Shown here one piece after another: positions 20,293 to 32,552 of a stretch of DNA of 64,000 nucleotides. Every line of letters begins with the position of its first letter. Position 1 is the stretch's first letter. The notes under the pieces were generated by a model. It searched no databases. It saw only the letters and a list, made by a program, of their open reading frames with translations, and was not told the origin of the DNA. Position numbers and translations under genes: made by a program. This DNA is from Gammaproteobacteria bacterium. GTDB lineage: Bacteria > Pseudomonadota > Gammaproteobacteria > Pseudomonadales > PIVM01. Where the stretch lies: positions 40,833 through 104,832 of the forward strand of contig PIVM01000003.1 in NCBI GenBank assembly GCA_003353945.1. Direction: 5' to 3'.

Positions 20293-21210
20293 TCAGCATC
20301 GACACCAACCAAAACACGGCATTTGTTTTTTTCGATAACGCTTATGACTTTTTTCGGCGGCTTTTTCAGTTGGCATGCCGTAACGTTGCTGTGATTGAAC
20401 AGCGCGTTGTTTGGTTTGCTCATCCAGCATGTTTTTATGCTCCAACCGGTCATGCCGCAGAATTAAAACAAATTGATTCAAAAAGAATCGCTGGCGGCGA
20501 GGAAGAGTTAATACAAACCGTAAAAAATGCGCCTTTTGAAAAGTAAATTTTTCATCCGTAAAATTTCTTATATCGACAGAGACTGCTCCCATTGCTTTTG
20601 GTAGCCGATATTCTAAGGAAAACCCTGAATACCAGAAACTGTCCTTCACCATATCTTTATCCATATTGTTGAGTGAATCAAAGTAAGTCTTTTGGTGTAC
20701 GTAGGTGCTGGTCACTTCGACATTAAACACGCGGTTACACCGATACTTTATGCCTATTGGCAGCTCAACGGGCTCTAAGGACTGCGTTAACGGCAAGTAC
20801 CTCGCTACATCGGAGAAGGCAGCGGCATTGACGTGGAGATCTTTCGCATGCCAGGAAATTCCCAGCTTTGGATTTATCTTGCTTATCGAGCGATGCAGAA
20901 CATACTCATCTTCAATATCAACATAGGAAAATCCAATGCTTGAATACAAAGTCTCTGAGTGCGGTATTGTCCAATAGTTATAGATATTGGAATAGTGAAT
21001 TTTTCCCTCCATGTCATTGCGTTCGTTCTGCTCTACCGGCAAGGGGGCGGGAATATTCGACGGGGCACCAGGAGGCAAGGGAATAAACACCTCCGTCCCT
21101 ATCGCTTGAAGCTCAAGCTCTTTCATCCGCCCGTCGCCTTCTATGCTGGTGTCCATGTGGATATTGGTAGGAGGAAACCCGGGGATGCCCGACGGACTAA
21201 GGATACTCAC
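20293..21210 (-). pseudogene. Outer-membrane beta-barrel remnant (C-terminal strands only)
   Basis: Alternating-hydrophobic strands (TLYSSIGFSYVDIED, VFNVEVTSTYVHQ, SFWYSGFSLEYRL, AVSVDIRNFTDEKFTF). No signal peptide, a GTG start and no upstream extension in frame (TGA about 110 nt upstream). Continues into an aberrant basic tail (…KSHKRYRKKQMPCFGWCRC). Confidence 0.45.
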
Positions 21211-21739
21211 ATGCGGGCTGGTAGATGGATTTGTTATTGAAACCAGCGATCCTCTGAGTAATACAAAATCGCCATGTCAAAAACTGATATGTATATGTCG
21301 GATACCTATATATTGCAGTCATTTATTTCGCACCGAAAATACACATGTTAGCAGTAGCTTGGTGTTGTAACGGCGCAAGCAGCAGCAACGCTTTTTGTTA
21401 TCCGCTTGCTTGGCTATGACTGAATATATTCTTGTTTTAATTTTGGACGGTAGCTCTTTACTATTAAAACAAATTTTTCACTACGTTTTATTTTATGTGA
21501 TTTCCGGGGGGTCTGATTATTAAATAATCAGCATGAAGGATTTTTCAATCCCTCCGGCCACTTTTCTTGGTTTGTAATGGGTCTGGATAAGCCGTCCCAT
21601 TTTTGCAAAAATCCGCAAAAAGGGTCGCTTACCCAAAGACCAATTTACAGCTTTGTTAAGTGTTATCAGCCCAATGGATGAGGATGATTAAGTGTGATTC
21701 TTAGAAAAGAATTATTTGAATTTACTTGAAACAAAAATA

Positions 21740-21825
21740 TGGTGCCGAAGGCCGGACTTGAACCGGCACGGGCATTGCCCACTACCCCCTCAAGATAGCG
21801 TGTCTACCAATTCCACCACTTCGGC
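21740..21825 (-). tRNA. leuU: tRNA-Leu (anticodon GAG), type II with long variable arm, CCA encoded
   Basis: Reverse complement is GCCGAAGTGGTGGAATTGGTAGACACGCTATCTTGAGGGGGTAGTGGGCAATGCCCGTGCCGGTTCAAGTCCGGCCTTCGGCACCA. Acceptor GCCGAAG pairs with CTTCGGC, the anticodon stem is CTATC/GGTAG and the loop is TTGAGGG. Lies directly downstream of secG, as E. coli leuU does. Confidence 0.93.
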
Positions 21826-21839
21826 ATAGTTCATATCTA

Positions 21840-22238
21840 TTACTCAATAATCGGTACATCATCAGCAGATCCGTCAGCTTGCTCTGCCGACGTTTCTATT
21901 TCCGGTATATCGCCGCCGCCAGTACTTTGATCGGAAACCTGCGCTTCAACTCTATTTTCAATCGCCGCCGGCACAGGTATACCCACCTCACCAGCCAAAT
22001 CAGCTTGGCGATTTGCGTAGATTGCCAGCCCCAGGCTGGTTAAAAAAAAGAGAGCTGATAACACAGCCGTGCTTTTGGATAGAATATTACCGCTGCCCTG
22101 TGCACCAAATACTGTGCTTGATGAACCGCTACCAAAGGAGGCACCCATATCAGCGCCTTTCCCTTGTTGTAATAATATGAGTGCGACAATAGAGATTGCC
22201 GTCAGCACATGCATAACAATAATAACTTTTTCCAACAT
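21840..22238 (-). CDS. secG: Preprotein translocase subunit SecG
   Basis: Track ORF extends to 22271. The SecG-like start MLEKVIIVMHVLTAISIVALILLQQGKGADMGASFGSG begins at ATG 22238, 5 nt after the tpiA stop. Confidence 0.9.
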   Translation of the reverse strand: MLEKVIIVMHVLTAISIVALILLQQGKGADMGASFGSGSSSTVFGAQGSGNILSKSTAVLSALFFLTSLGLAIYANRQADLAGEVGIPVPAAIENRVEAQVSDQSTGGGDIPEIETSAEQADGSADDVPIIE

Positions 22239-22242
22239 CACT

Positions 22243-22998
22243 CTATTCCGCCGCTCGACATATTGCTGCAAAATCGGCAGCTTTTAACGATGCGCCACCC
22301 ACAAGGGCGCCATCAATATCCGGTTTAGCAAAAAGCTGCGCCGCATTCTCCGCCTTAACACTACCACCATAAAGCAGACTCATATTATCAGCGATAAGCT
22401 CGTCTTTCTTCGCCAGAACACTACGAATATGCGCATGCACTTCCTGCGCTTGTTCAGGGCTGGCGGTTCTACCCGTACCTATTGCCCAAATGGGTTCGTA
22501 GGCAATCACAGCCTTTTCAAAAGCCTCTATACCAACCTTATCCAGCACCGCTAGTATCTGCTGTTCAACAAAAGCCAGGGTCTCGCCGGCTTCGCGCTGC
22601 TCCAGGTTTTCTCCAACACACAAAATTGGCTCTAGCCCAGTACTTTGTGCGTTAATAAATTTTTCGGCTACTAAATCATCAGTGTCATGATAGTAGGTAC
22701 GACGCTCAGAATGCCCCACGATCACGTATCGACACTTCATATCCACCAGCATTGACGCAGATACTTCCCCGGTAAACGCCCCCTCGGCAGCAGAATTTGC
22801 GCAGAGGTTCTGAGCACCCCAGGCGATGCCTGTATCAGCCAACAGTGCCTGAGCAAACCCTATGTAGGGAAAGGGTGGACAGACAGCCACACCAGCCTTA
22901 GCTGGCAGCTCTTCTTTGCATAAACCTTCAAGTAAGGAGCGCACATCGTCCGTGCATCCATACATTTTCCAATTCCCAACAACTAGAGGACTGCGCAT
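22243..22998 (-). CDS. tpiA: Triosephosphate isomerase
   Basis: Family start MRSPLVVGNWKMYG at ATG 22998 (track start is 23067). Motifs IVGHSERR, AYEPIWAIGTG and GGASL. Confidence 0.92.
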   Translation of the reverse strand: MRSPLVVGNWKMYGCTDDVRSLLEGLCKEELPAKAGVAVCPPFPYIGFAQALLADTGIAWGAQNLCANSAAEGAFTGEVSASMLVDMKCRYVIVGHSERRTYYHDTDDLVAEKFINAQSTGLEPILCVGENLEQREAGETLAFVEQQILAVLDKVGIEAFEKAVIAYEPIWAIGTGRTASPEQAQEVHAHIRSVLAKKDELIADNMSLLYGGSVKAENAAQLFAKPDIDGALVGGASLKAADFAAICRAAE

Positions 22999-23209
22999 AA
23001 CTCCTCCCACCATCTCAAAAAAACGGGCGCTAATCTTACCTAAACGCCACAGAACATACAAGAACAACCGTCATTTGCCATAATTCCAGGGGGGGTTGCC
23101 CCACCTGGAAAAGAGTTGTCAGTAAAGACCACTTAATGCATAACCAACAGATCAGGGTTTTCTTGGTGCGCATGGCACACCCTACATGTGTCACCCTTAG
23201 AGTTACCGA

Positions 23210-24565
23210 TCACTCATCAGTCATTTGCGACTCGACAACACGCGCGAGCTCTTGGGTTAGCTCGTCGACCAGCGTTTTGTCCTCACCTTCAACCATTACC
23301 CTGATAACCGGCTCAGTGCCCGATGGTCTTAGCAATACGCGCCCGCGTCCTGCCAGTTGAGTTTCGGCCTCTTTCACTGCCCGGTTAACCGCCTCATTGT
23401 CTGCGATATTTTGCTGCTGCGCGACACGCACATTGATCATTTGTTGGGGAAAGCGACTCATATGTTTTCTTAATTCATGCAGGGTACTGCCACTGGCCCT
23501 GATTGAGAACAGGACTTTCAAGGCAGACACCACGCCATCACCCGTTGTCGTGACATCCGCACAGATAATATGCCCGGATGACTCACCACCTAAAATCCAG
23601 CCTTTCTCCTGCATCAGCTCTTTCACGTATCGATCACCCACCTTTGCGCGAGCAAAAGGAATATCCAGCTCCTTTAACGCTAGCTCAAAACCAAGATTGC
23701 TCATCAATGTACCGACAACACCTTTACAGCTGCCTTCTGTGCGTTGTTGGTCTCGCGCAATCACGTACAACAGCTCATCACCATCGACCAGTTCACCCGC
23801 ATGATCCACAAACAGCACCCGGTCTCCATCGCCGTCAAAGGCGATGCCTAAATCTGCTTTCTCACGGCGCACGGACTCTATCAATTTGTTGGGTGACGTT
23901 GAGCCCACGTAATCGTTTATATTTAAACCATTGGGATGTGCACCTATGGCGACAACGTCAGCCCCCAATTCGTCAAATACGCTGGGAGCAACATGGTAAT
24001 TCGCCCCGTGTGCGCAATCGACGACAAGCTTTACGCCCCTGAGATTAAATGAACTGGGCACAGTGCTTTTACAAAATTCTATGTATCGGCCCGCCGCATC
24101 ATTGATTCTTACCACTTTACCCAAGTGGCTGGAATCCACTGTTGTCATGGGTACATCGATCTGTTTTTCAATTTCCAGCTCCACCTCATCGGGTAGCTTC
24201 GTGCCTTCAGCAGAAAAGAATTTGATGCCATTATCATGATAGGGATTATGAGATGCACTGATCACAATGCCCGCTTGCGCGTGAAAAGTGCGTGTTAGAT
24301 AGGCAATTGCAGGCGTGGGCATTGGCCCGATAAGCGCCACATCAACACCCGCTGCAACCAAACCGGCCTCCAGTGCCGACTCAAACATATAACCGGATAT
24401 TCTCGTGTCCTTACCAATAATAATCTTCCCGCGTCCACTGTCACATTGACGGGCAAAATAACGTCCAGCAGCCCATCCCAGCTTCAACATAAATTCCGGT
24501 GTAATGGAACCGGCGCCCACTCGTCCCCGAATGCCGTCAGTGCCAAAATATTTTTTTGTCGTCAT
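23210..24565 (-). CDS. glmM: Phosphoglucosamine mutase
   Basis: 451 aa. Motifs YFGTDGIRG, the SASHNP phosphoserine loop, FDGDGDR and GGESSGH. Confidence 0.93.
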   Translation of the reverse strand: MTTKKYFGTDGIRGRVGAGSITPEFMLKLGWAAGRYFARQCDSGRGKIIIGKDTRISGYMFESALEAGLVAAGVDVALIGPMPTPAIAYLTRTFHAQAGIVISASHNPYHDNGIKFFSAEGTKLPDEVELEIEKQIDVPMTTVDSSHLGKVVRINDAAGRYIEFCKSTVPSSFNLRGVKLVVDCAHGANYHVAPSVFDELGADVVAIGAHPNGLNINDYVGSTSPNKLIESVRREKADLGIAFDGDGDRVLFVDHAGELVDGDELLYVIARDQQRTEGSCKGVVGTLMSNLGFELALKELDIPFARAKVGDRYVKELMQEKGWILGGESSGHIICADVTTTGDGVVSALKVLFSIRASGSTLHELRKHMSRFPQQMINVRVAQQQNIADNEAVNRAVKEAETQLAGRGRVLLRPSGTEPVIRVMVEGEDKTLVDELTQELARVVESQMTDE

Positions 24566-25422
24566 ATCATTTCCCTCTTTACCGCAGTGGCCATAGCGAC
24601 TGCGTCTACTGATTCTTTTACATCATGCACTCGAATAATATCTGCTCCGCGTTCTACCGCAATAGTGGCAAGTGCCAAACTACCCGCTAAACGCTCATCC
24701 ACACTACGCCCCGTCACTGCAGCAATCATGGATTTTCGAGACATTCCAACCATGATCGGTTTTTTCAACTGTTGAAACTGTTGCAGTTGATTTAACAGCG
24801 TCAGGTTGTTTTCCAGCGTTTTACCAAAACCGAACCCAGGATCAATGATGATGTTCTGTGGGGCTATGCCTGCGGCCTCACAGACCCTTATCCTGGCCCG
24901 CAAAAACGCCATTACTTCTTCTAAGACATTGCGATACTGCGGATCACTTTGCATAGAGTCCGGCTCACCTTGCATATGCATCAGACAGATTGGCAAACCG
25001 GTCTCTTTGACTGCCTGCACCGCACCTTCTTTTTGCAATGCCCTCACGTCATTAATCAAACCTGCGCCCGCCTTGGCGGACTCACGCATCACTTCAGGTG
25101 TGCTGGTATCGACCGAAATATAAACAGGCAATTGTGCAGCAAGCCTCTCAACCACAGACACAACACGATCCAGCTCTTGCTGGACACTGATGGGTTTGGC
25201 ACCAGGCCGGGTTGATTCACCACCCACATCAATAATGGCCGCACCATCATCAAGCATTTTTTTGGCCGTTTGTAGAACCACAGAATAGTCTAGTCGATTA
25301 TTGACAAACAGACGTCCGCCATCGGAAAAAGAGTCAGGTGTGACGTTCAAGATTCCCATGACCATCGGTTTGTCTACACCAGACCATGGCTTACTACTGT
25401 GTAGGGGCTCGTCTCTTTTCAT
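24562..25422 (-). CDS. folP: Dihydropteroate synthase
   Basis: 286 aa. Motifs [35 protein letters not shown] and IIRVHDV. Overlaps the glmM start by 4 nt. Confidence 0.92.
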   Translation of the reverse strand: MKRDEPLHSSKPWSGVDKPMVMGILNVTPDSFSDGGRLFVNNRLDYSVVLQTAKKMLDDGAAIIDVGGESTRPGAKPISVQQELDRVVSVVERLAAQLPVYISVDTSTPEVMRESAKAGAGLINDVRALQKEGAVQAVKETGLPICLMHMQGEPDSMQSDPQYRNVLEEVMAFLRARIRVCEAAGIAPQNIIIDPGFGFGKTLENNLTLLNQLQQFQQLKKPIMVGMSRKSMIAAVTGRSVDERLAGSLALATIAVERGADIIRVHDVKESVDAVAMATAVKREMI

Positions 25423-25491
25423 CGTTTTTAGCTTTTAACGAAAAACCGCTGCAAAAAGCAGCGGCTAACAAGATAACAAATGAACGAAAAA

Positions 25492-27426
25492 CTAATGTTG
25501 TTTGGCTGCACCACCAATGGTGCCTGCTGAATCAGATTCTGACGTCTTAGCTCCATCATTCGTTGCATCTGAATCTGACGGGCCATCTGACCAATCCGAA
25601 GGATCGCCAGGATCACGCCCCTCCATAATATTGTTGATTTGTTCAGCATCTATCGTTTCATACTTCATTAATGCGTCAGACATCGCCACCAGCTTGTCTT
25701 TGTTTTCCTCAAGAGTTCGCTGTGCGCTTGCATAGCACTCATCGACTATGTATCGAACTTCTTCATCAATTTTAGCCCGTGTCGCACCGGATATTGAAGC
25801 GCCTCCACCTCCGGTCGCTGCCGTACGGCCCAGAAACACTTCTTCTTCACTATCGTCATACAGCAGAGGTCCGAGTTTTTCTGACAAGCCCCACTTGGTC
25901 ACCATATTGCGGGCAATTTCAGTTGCACGCTTGATATCGTTAGATGCACCGGTTGTAACACCGTCGGGGCCGTTAATCATCTCTTCAGCGACTCGCCCAC
26001 CAAAAAGGCTGCATATCTGACTGATAATACGGCGTTTACTGTGACTATATCGATCTTCCTCAGGCAAAAACATCGTGACACCCAGGGCTCGACCACGAGG
26101 GATAATACTCACTTTATAAACCGGATCATGCTCGGGCATTAAGCGGCCAACAACCGCATGACCTGCTTCATGATAAGCCGTATTTGTTTTTTCATCGACA
26201 GACATCACCATGGATTTGCGCTCAGCACCCATCATGATTTTGTCTTTGGCCAGCTCAAATTGCTCCATGGCTACTGTACGAACACCTGTACGAGCCGCAA
26301 ACAATGCGGCCTCATTGACCAAATTCGCTAAATCAGCACCAGAAAACCCCGGTGTACCACGAGCAATCACCGCCGGTTCTACATTGTCTGAAAGGGGTAC
26401 TTTTCGCATATGTACTTTGAGAATCTGCTCTCTACCCCGGATGTCAGGCAAACTAACAACCACTTGACGGTCAAAACGCCCGGGGCGCAATAAGGCAGGA
26501 TCCAACACATCCGGTCGGTTTGTAGCTGCAATGACAATAACGCCGTCATTGACTTCAAAACCATCCATTTCGACTAACAGCTGGTTCAGTGTTTGCTCAC
26601 GTTCGTCATGACCACCGCCCAATCCAGCACCACGGTGGCGTCCAACCGCATCAATTTCATCAATGAAGATGATACAAGGTGCCTGTTTTTTAGCTTGCTC
26701 AAACATGTCGCGTACCCGCGAAGCGCCTACACCAACAAACATTTCAACAAAATCTGATCCAGAAATGGAAAAGAACGGTACTTTTGCTTCGCCTGCAATC
26801 GCCCTTGCAAGCAGCGTTTTTCCGGTACCGGGGGCGCCTACCATGAGTATTCCACGAGGAATCTTGCCACCCAAGCACTGAAATCTGCTGGGGTCTCGCA
26901 GAAATTCAACGAGCTCCTGCACATCCTCTTTGGCTTCGTCACAACCAGCAACATCTGCAAAATTGGTTTTGATTTGATCTTCACCCAGCAATCGGGCTTT
27001 GCTCTTACCAAAGGCCATTGGCCCACCGCGACCACCGCCACCGCCTTGCATCTGGCGCATAAAAAACATAAAGACAGCAATAATGATCAGTATCGGGAAA
27101 CAGGCGACCAGTAATTGTGTCCAAAGGCTTTGTTGTTCGGGTTGAACACCCTCTATTTTTACGCGGTGATCTAGCAGATCACCAATCAGGCCATTATCCA
27201 GGGCCTGTGGTCTGACGGTTTCAAAATCTTCACCTGTGGTGTAGGTGCCTTCAATAATCAGGCCATCAATTTGGACCTGCTCAACCTGCTCACTCTGCAC
27301 TGCCTCAATAAACTGTGAGTAGCTGAGCCGCTCCTTAGGCGATTGCTGATTAAAGTTTTGGAAAACCGTTAACAATACCGCTGCAATAATCAACCATAAC
27401 AGCAGGTTTTTTACCATATCGTTCAA
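25492..27426 (-). CDS. ftsH: ATP-dependent zinc metalloprotease FtsH
   Basis: 644 aa. AAA Walker [15 protein letters not shown] region and zinc motif HEAGHA. Confidence 0.95.
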   Translation of the reverse strand: MNDMVKNLLLWLIIAAVLLTVFQNFNQQSPKERLSYSQFIEAVQSEQVEQVQIDGLIIEGTYTTGEDFETVRPQALDNGLIGDLLDHRVKIEGVQPEQQSLWTQLLVACFPILIIIAVFMFFMRQMQGGGGGRGGPMAFGKSKARLLGEDQIKTNFADVAGCDEAKEDVQELVEFLRDPSRFQCLGGKIPRGILMVGAPGTGKTLLARAIAGEAKVPFFSISGSDFVEMFVGVGASRVRDMFEQAKKQAPCIIFIDEIDAVGRHRGAGLGGGHDEREQTLNQLLVEMDGFEVNDGVIVIAATNRPDVLDPALLRPGRFDRQVVVSLPDIRGREQILKVHMRKVPLSDNVEPAVIARGTPGFSGADLANLVNEAALFAARTGVRTVAMEQFELAKDKIMMGAERKSMVMSVDEKTNTAYHEAGHAVVGRLMPEHDPVYKVSIIPRGRALGVTMFLPEEDRYSHSKRRIISQICSLFGGRVAEEMINGPDGVTTGASNDIKRATEIARNMVTKWGLSEKLGPLLYDDSEEEVFLGRTAATGGGGASISGATRAKIDEEVRYIVDECYASAQRTLEENKDKLVAMSDALMKYETIDAEQINNIMEGRDPGDPSDWSDGPSDSDATNDGAKTSESDSAGTIGGAAKQH

Positions 27427-27558
27427 GGAAACATCCTCTTTAACATCATACTAGTTACCTTCTCTTCCCTTAAGCATAGCCGCTCTTTGGGCTCCCACAG
27501 GGCAAACTGCACTTTACACTACTTTAACAGCTGCCACCATGAGCGATAGCAAACCACA

Positions 27559-28179
27559 TTACCCTTTAAAACCACGCGCCAACTGGTATACCTCTCGTGA
27601 TCTTGCTCTTGATGCCTGGGGTTTGCGCGTCTGTACCTTATTGAATTGCTTGCGCATTTCCTGTAAAAGCACATCAAACCCTTCCCCATGAAACACTTTG
27701 GCCAGAAAGCCACCTCCGGGCTTGAGGACTTGAGTGGCCAAATCCAGTGCAAGCTCACCCAAATACATGGCTTTGGGTTGGTCTACATCCTTCATTCCAC
27801 TCATGTTTGGGGCCATATCAGAAATTACAAGATCCACTTTCTCTCCATCCAGCAAATCCAGCAGCTTCTCCATCACTTCCAAGTCAGTAAAATCACCTTG
27901 TACAAACTCAACATCTGCCAAAGCATCCATCGGTAAAATATCTGAGGCAATAACACGGCCATTAGATCCAATAATATCTGCGGCAACCTGCGACCACCCT
28001 CCAGGTGCGGCTCCCAGGTCAAGAATCGTCATTCCCGGCTTGATGATCTTGTCTTTCTCCTGAATTTCCAACAACTTAAAACAGGCTCGTGATCGCATGC
28101 CCAGCTGCTGTGCCTTTTTCACATAGGGATCATCAAAGTGTTCTCGCAGCCAACCTTTACTACTTTTTGATTTCGCCAT
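27559..28179 (-). CDS. rlmE: 23S rRNA U2552 2'-O-methyltransferase RlmE (FtsJ)
   Basis: Family start [24 protein letters not shown] at ATG 28179 (track start is 28269). Motifs [11 protein letters not shown] and VISDMAPN. Confidence 0.9.
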   Translation of the reverse strand: MAKSKSSKGWLREHFDDPYVKKAQQLGMRSRACFKLLEIQEKDKIIKPGMTILDLGAAPGGWSQVAADIIGSNGRVIASDILPMDALADVEFVQGDFTDLEVMEKLLDLLDGEKVDLVISDMAPNMSGMKDVDQPKAMYLGELALDLATQVLKPGGGFLAKVFHGEGFDVLLQEMRKQFNKVQTRKPQASRARSREVYQLARGFKG

Positions 28180-28290
28180 TGCATTAATAGCCTGAGTTAG
28201 TAGTGACATCCGATCAGTTAAAGTACAATGTTCGCTCCTGGACGATATGTCAATTTCTAACAATCGCACTTCCCTAAAAGCATACTTTAT

Positions 28291-28608
28291 ATGAACTTAT
28301 CCCAAGCCGAAAAAAAACGTTTCAGAACCATCGGGCACAAATTAAAGCCCGTGGTTTCAATTGCCGGTAAAGGCTTGTCTGAAAGCGTTTGCAATGAACT
28401 TAACCGCGCCTTAGATGATCACGAACTGATTAAAGTTAAACTGGCAAACGAAGACCGAGAACAGAAGAAGCTGTTGGTTAAACAACTATGCACGCAACTG
28501 GCAGCTGAACAGATTCAAATGATTGGTAATATTGCGCTGATTTTTAGAGCCGCTGAAAAACCCAAGCCTCATTTATCAAACTTATTACGCTCCTATAAGC
28601 CTGTCTGA
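28291..28608 (+). CDS. yhbY: Ribosome-assembly RNA-binding protein YhbY (CRM domain)
   Basis: 105 aa with [21 protein letters not shown]...HELIKVKL. Divergent from rlmE, as in E. coli. Confidence 0.85.
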   Translation: MNLSQAEKKRFRTIGHKLKPVVSIAGKGLSESVCNELNRALDDHELIKVKLANEDREQKKLLVKQLCTQLAAEQIQMIGNIALIFRAAEKPKPHLSNLLRSYKPV

Positions 28609-28643
28609 GAAACCCGCGCGAGACAATCCCGCACTTGAAAATT

Positions 28644-29120
28644 TCACAGGTGCTGGATTTCGCCTATCTCATACTCTGTAATACCTGATGGAGTGCGAAC
28701 CGCTACGACTTCACCCGGCTCTTTGCCAATCAGCGCTCGAGCTATGGGTGAATTGACCGATATTTTGTTCGCCTTCACATCCGCCTCATCATCACCAACA
28801 ATCTGATAAGACAATTCTTCATCGGTTTCTACATTGATAATGCCGACCGTTACGCCAAAAATCACTTTATCTTGCGGTGTGATTTTTGTTACATCAATCA
28901 CTTGAGCTTCAGACAGCTTGCCTTCAATTTCCTTGATCCGGCCTTCACAAAATCCTTGTTGCTCACGCGCAGCATGGTATTCGGCATTTTCTTTTAAATC
29001 ACCGTGCGCACGCGCCTCTGCTATCGCCTGAATAATGCTCGGACGCTCGACTGATTTAAGTTGATTTAATTCTTCCCGGAGCCGCTTCTCGCCCTCAACA
29101 GTCATTGGTACTCGTTTCAT
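28644..29120 (-). CDS. greA: Transcription elongation factor GreA
   Basis: 158 aa. Motifs [30 protein letters not shown] and [13 protein letters not shown]. Confidence 0.93.
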   Translation of the reverse strand: MKRVPMTVEGEKRLREELNQLKSVERPSIIQAIAEARAHGDLKENAEYHAAREQQGFCEGRIKEIEGKLSEAQVIDVTKITPQDKVIFGVTVGIINVETDEELSYQIVGDDEADVKANKISVNSPIARALIGKEPGEVVAVRTPSGITEYEIGEIQHL

Positions 29121-32100
29121 GCTTGCTCTCTCCCATACAAATCCTGCAATCGACGCACTGTTTTTTCTTCACCATAGCGCAAAGCCTGGCAGACCGATTC
29201 AGCACCGGCCATCGTGGTCGTATAATAAACTTTTTTCGCCAACGCAGAACGACGAATTGTCGCTGAATCAGCTATAGCCTGCTTGCCTTCTGTGGTATTG
29301 ACGATCAGCTGGATATCACCGTTTTTTATCTTGTCGACAATATGCGGCCGTCCTTCCATCACCTTATTTATCCGCTTAACGGGAAACCCGGCTTCGGCAA
29401 TAACACGCTCAGTGCCCTCAGTAGCTATCAACTTAAAACCCAGCTCAATCAACTCTTGCGCCAATTCAGCCAAGCCTTCTTTATCGGCGTCTCTAACGCT
29501 GACAAAGGCATTTCCGCCCTTGGGCAAGACTTCCAGAGCACCCCACTGGCTCTTGGCAAAAGCCTCATCAAAATTCTCACCAACCCCCATTACTTCACCC
29601 GTGGACTTCATTTCTGGCCCGAGAATTGGATCAACACCAGGGAACTTATTGAAGGGGAACACGGCTTCTTTCACATGGTAGAAGCGCGAGAACCGTTCCT
29701 CTGTGAAACCTTGCTCTTTAAGACTCACACCGACCATACATCGCGCAGCGACTTTTGCTAATGACAGGCCAATACACTTGGAGACAAAGGGCACAGTTCT
29801 TGAGGCTCGCGGATTCACTTCTATCACGTAAATTTCATTATCCTGCAGCGCTAGCTGCACATTCATCAAACCACACACGCCCAGTTCCATCGCCATGCGC
29901 TTAACCATATCGCGCATTTTCTGCTGCACATCATCACTTAAGCTATAGGGTGGCAATGAACAAGCTGAATCACCCGAATGCACGCCGGCTTGTTCAATGT
30001 GTTGCATAATGGAGCCGATGACAACTTGTTTGCCATCAGATACCGCATCAATATCCACTTCAATGGCCGCATTAAGGAAATAATCCAGAAGCACGGGCGT
30101 TTCCTCTGAAACCTGAACCGCCTCATGCATATAACGATTCAATTCAGCTTCATTGTACACAATCTCCATCGCACGCCCACCCAACACATAAGAGGGTCGC
30201 ACCACCAGCGGGTAACCAATCTTCTCAGCGGCAATAACCGCTTGCTGAACGCTACGGACTGTTGTGTTCGGCGGCTGCTTGAGCTTCAGGCGCTCAATCA
30301 TTTGTTGAAAGCGTTCGCGATCCTCCGCCCGATCAATTGCCTCTGGGCTGGTGCCAATAACCGGCACACCGGCCGCCTCCAGCGCTATGGCCAGTTTTAA
30401 GGGTGTTTGGCCACCAAACTGGACGATAACCCCCTTGGGTTTTTCCAGATCTACAATTTCCAAAACATCTTCAAGCGTAACCGGCTCAAAATACAAGCGA
30501 TCCGAGGTATCATAGTCGGTGGATACGGTTTCCGGATTACAGTTAACCATAATCGTTTCGTAGCCATCTTCTCGCATGGCCAATGCGGCATGCACGCAGC
30601 AATAATCAAACTCAATCCCCTGACCGATACGATTCGGACCACCGCCCAGCACCATGATTTTTTCACGATCAGAAACTGCCGCCTCACATTCTTCCTCATA
30701 AGTGGAATACATATACGCTGTTGCAGAGGCAAATTCTGCCGCGCAGGTATCAACGCGCTTATAGACCGGACGCACACCCAGTGCGTAACGATGCTTGCGT
30801 AACGCCTTTTCGGTCACCGCTAGCAAGGCAGCCAAGCGTGTATCGGAAAAGCCCTTACGCTTGAGCCGATACATCAATGCCTTATCAACATCAGACAGCG
30901 CCATCTCACTGAGCTGTCTTTCTTCTTCAATCAAATCCTGAATTTGCACTAAATACCAGGGATCAATCTCACTACCACTGGCAACCTGTTCAAGACTGAA
31001 ACCCAGTCTGAATGCATCACCAAGATACCAAAGACGCTGAGCACTGGGATTTCGCAGCTCTCGCTTCACTCTCTCCTTGGCATCCCCACTGGAAAGATCC
31101 AGCTGGGATTCAAAACCTGCTGAATCCACTTCCAGCCCGCGCATGGCTTTTTGCAATGATTCCTGAAAGGTACGGCCAATGGCCATCACTTCACCCACAG
31201 ACTTCATCTGTGTGGTCAGGCGTGCATCGGCAGCGGGAAATTTTTCAAACGTAAAACGCGGTATTTTAGTGACAACGTAGTCAATGGATGGCTCAAAAGA
31301 GGCGGGGGTCACGCCACCGGTAATATCATTTTCCAGCTCATCCAGGGTATAACCCACTGCCAGCTTGGCGGCCACTTTGGCAATGGGAAATCCCGTTGCC
31401 TTGGAGGCCAGCGCCGAGGAACGGCTGACCCTGGGATTCATCTCAATAACAACCAATTGGCCATCTTCTGGATTTAAGGCAAACTGCACGTTGGAGCCGC
31501 CGGTCTCAACGCCAATTTCACGCAATACCGCAATCGAGGCATTACGTAATATCTGGTATTCCTTGTCTGTCAGCGTCTGTGCCGGGGCCACCGTGATGGA
31601 ATCGCCGGTATGCACACCCATGGCATCAACATTCTCAATCGAACAGACAATGATGCAGTTATCTTTTTTATCCCGCACCACTTCCATCTCATACTCTTTC
31701 CAACCAATCAGGGACTCATCAATCAACAGCTCATTGGTGGGAGAGAGATCCAGCCCTCGATGACAGATTTCCTCAAACTCTTCCCGATTGTAGGCAATAC
31801 CACCGCCGCTACCACCCAGGGTAAAGGAGGGCCGGATAACGCTGGGAAAACCTACCAGATCCAGCACCTGCAGGGCTTCTTCCATACTGTGGGCAATGGC
31901 TGACCGTGGCGTTCCCAGATTAATGGCTTTCATCGCAACATCAAACTGTTGTCGATCTTCGGCCTTATCTATGGCTTCTTTGGTCGCGCCGATCATCTCA
32001 ACGCCATGCGTCTCTAAGACACCTTCTCGTGCCAGATCTAATGCACAATTCAAAGCAGTCTGCCCACCCATTGTGGGCAACAGCGCATCGGGTTTTTCTT

Positions 32101-32338
32101 TTTCAATGATTTTTGCAACGGTCTGCCAACGAACCGGCTCGATATAGGTGGCATCCGCCATCGTAGGATCTGTCATGATGGTCGCTGGATTTGAATTAAC
32201 CAGAATGACTCGATATCCCTCCTCTCGCAGTGCCTTGCACGCCTGGGCGCCAGAGTAATCAAACTCACATGCCTGGCCAATCACAATGGGACCCGCACCC
32301 AGAATCAGGATTGACTTGATATCAGTTCTTTTTGGCAT
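29117..32338 (-). CDS. carB: Carbamoyl-phosphate synthase large subunit
   Basis: 1073 aa with duplicated ATP-grasp halves and an MGS-like C-terminus. N-terminus is [30 protein letters not shown]. Confidence 0.95.
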   Translation of the reverse strand: MPKRTDIKSILILGAGPIVIGQACEFDYSGAQACKALREEGYRVILVNSNPATIMTDPTMADATYIEPVRWQTVAKIIEKEKPDALLPTMGGQTALNCALDLAREGVLETHGVEMIGATKEAIDKAEDRQQFDVAMKAINLGTPRSAIAHSMEEALQVLDLVGFPSVIRPSFTLGGSGGGIAYNREEFEEICHRGLDLSPTNELLIDESLIGWKEYEMEVVRDKKDNCIIVCSIENVDAMGVHTGDSITVAPAQTLTDKEYQILRNASIAVLREIGVETGGSNVQFALNPEDGQLVVIEMNPRVSRSSALASKATGFPIAKVAAKLAVGYTLDELENDITGGVTPASFEPSIDYVVTKIPRFTFEKFPAADARLTTQMKSVGEVMAIGRTFQESLQKAMRGLEVDSAGFESQLDLSSGDAKERVKRELRNPSAQRLWYLGDAFRLGFSLEQVASGSEIDPWYLVQIQDLIEEERQLSEMALSDVDKALMYRLKRKGFSDTRLAALLAVTEKALRKHRYALGVRPVYKRVDTCAAEFASATAYMYSTYEEECEAAVSDREKIMVLGGGPNRIGQGIEFDYCCVHAALAMREDGYETIMVNCNPETVSTDYDTSDRLYFEPVTLEDVLEIVDLEKPKGVIVQFGGQTPLKLAIALEAAGVPVIGTSPEAIDRAEDRERFQQMIERLKLKQPPNTTVRSVQQAVIAAEKIGYPLVVRPSYVLGGRAMEIVYNEAELNRYMHEAVQVSEETPVLLDYFLNAAIEVDIDAVSDGKQVVIGSIMQHIEQAGVHSGDSACSLPPYSLSDDVQQKMRDMVKRMAMELGVCGLMNVQLALQDNEIYVIEVNPRASRTVPFVSKCIGLSLAKVAARCMVGVSLKEQGFTEERFSRFYHVKEAVFPFNKFPGVDPILGPEMKSTGEVMGVGENFDEAFAKSQWGALEVLPKGGNAFVSVRDADKEGLAELAQELIELGFKLIATEGTERVIAEAGFPVKRINKVMEGRPHIVDKIKNGDIQLIVNTTEGKQAIADSATIRRSALAKKVYYTTTMAGAESVCQALRYGEEKTVRRLQDLYGREQA

Positions 32339-32372
32339 AATTTCAAACCATCACATTTCAAACAGTTAGGGG

Positions 32373-32494
32373 GCCACGTATCGTGGCGTTATTCATTGCA
32401 TTATCTACAGCACAATATCTACTGCGCAATTCAGGACACTGGCGCTTGTAAGCTGTGGACTTACAAGTTGCGGACAGCACTTGAGTGCAGCGCC
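32373..32494. repeat. Cluster of hairpins in the carA-carB spacer
   Basis: Three elements: GCCACG-tat-CGTGGC (32373-32387), CTTGTAAG-ctgtgga-CTTACAAG (32445-32467), and an enclosing GGCGC (32441) / GCGCC (32490) pair. Confidence 0.6.
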
Positions 32495-32552
32495 TGGTTA
32501 TGTCGCGCAAAGGTAAACTCGGAAAACCCGATCACTCAATGCGCTTTAAGCC

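Noticed and set aside
23088-23110. G-rich hairpin CCAGGGGGGG-ttg-CCCCACCTGG between glmM and tpiA.
   Set aside because: It has no U-tract on the transcribed (minus) strand, one mismatch and a very small loop. It is not called as a terminator.
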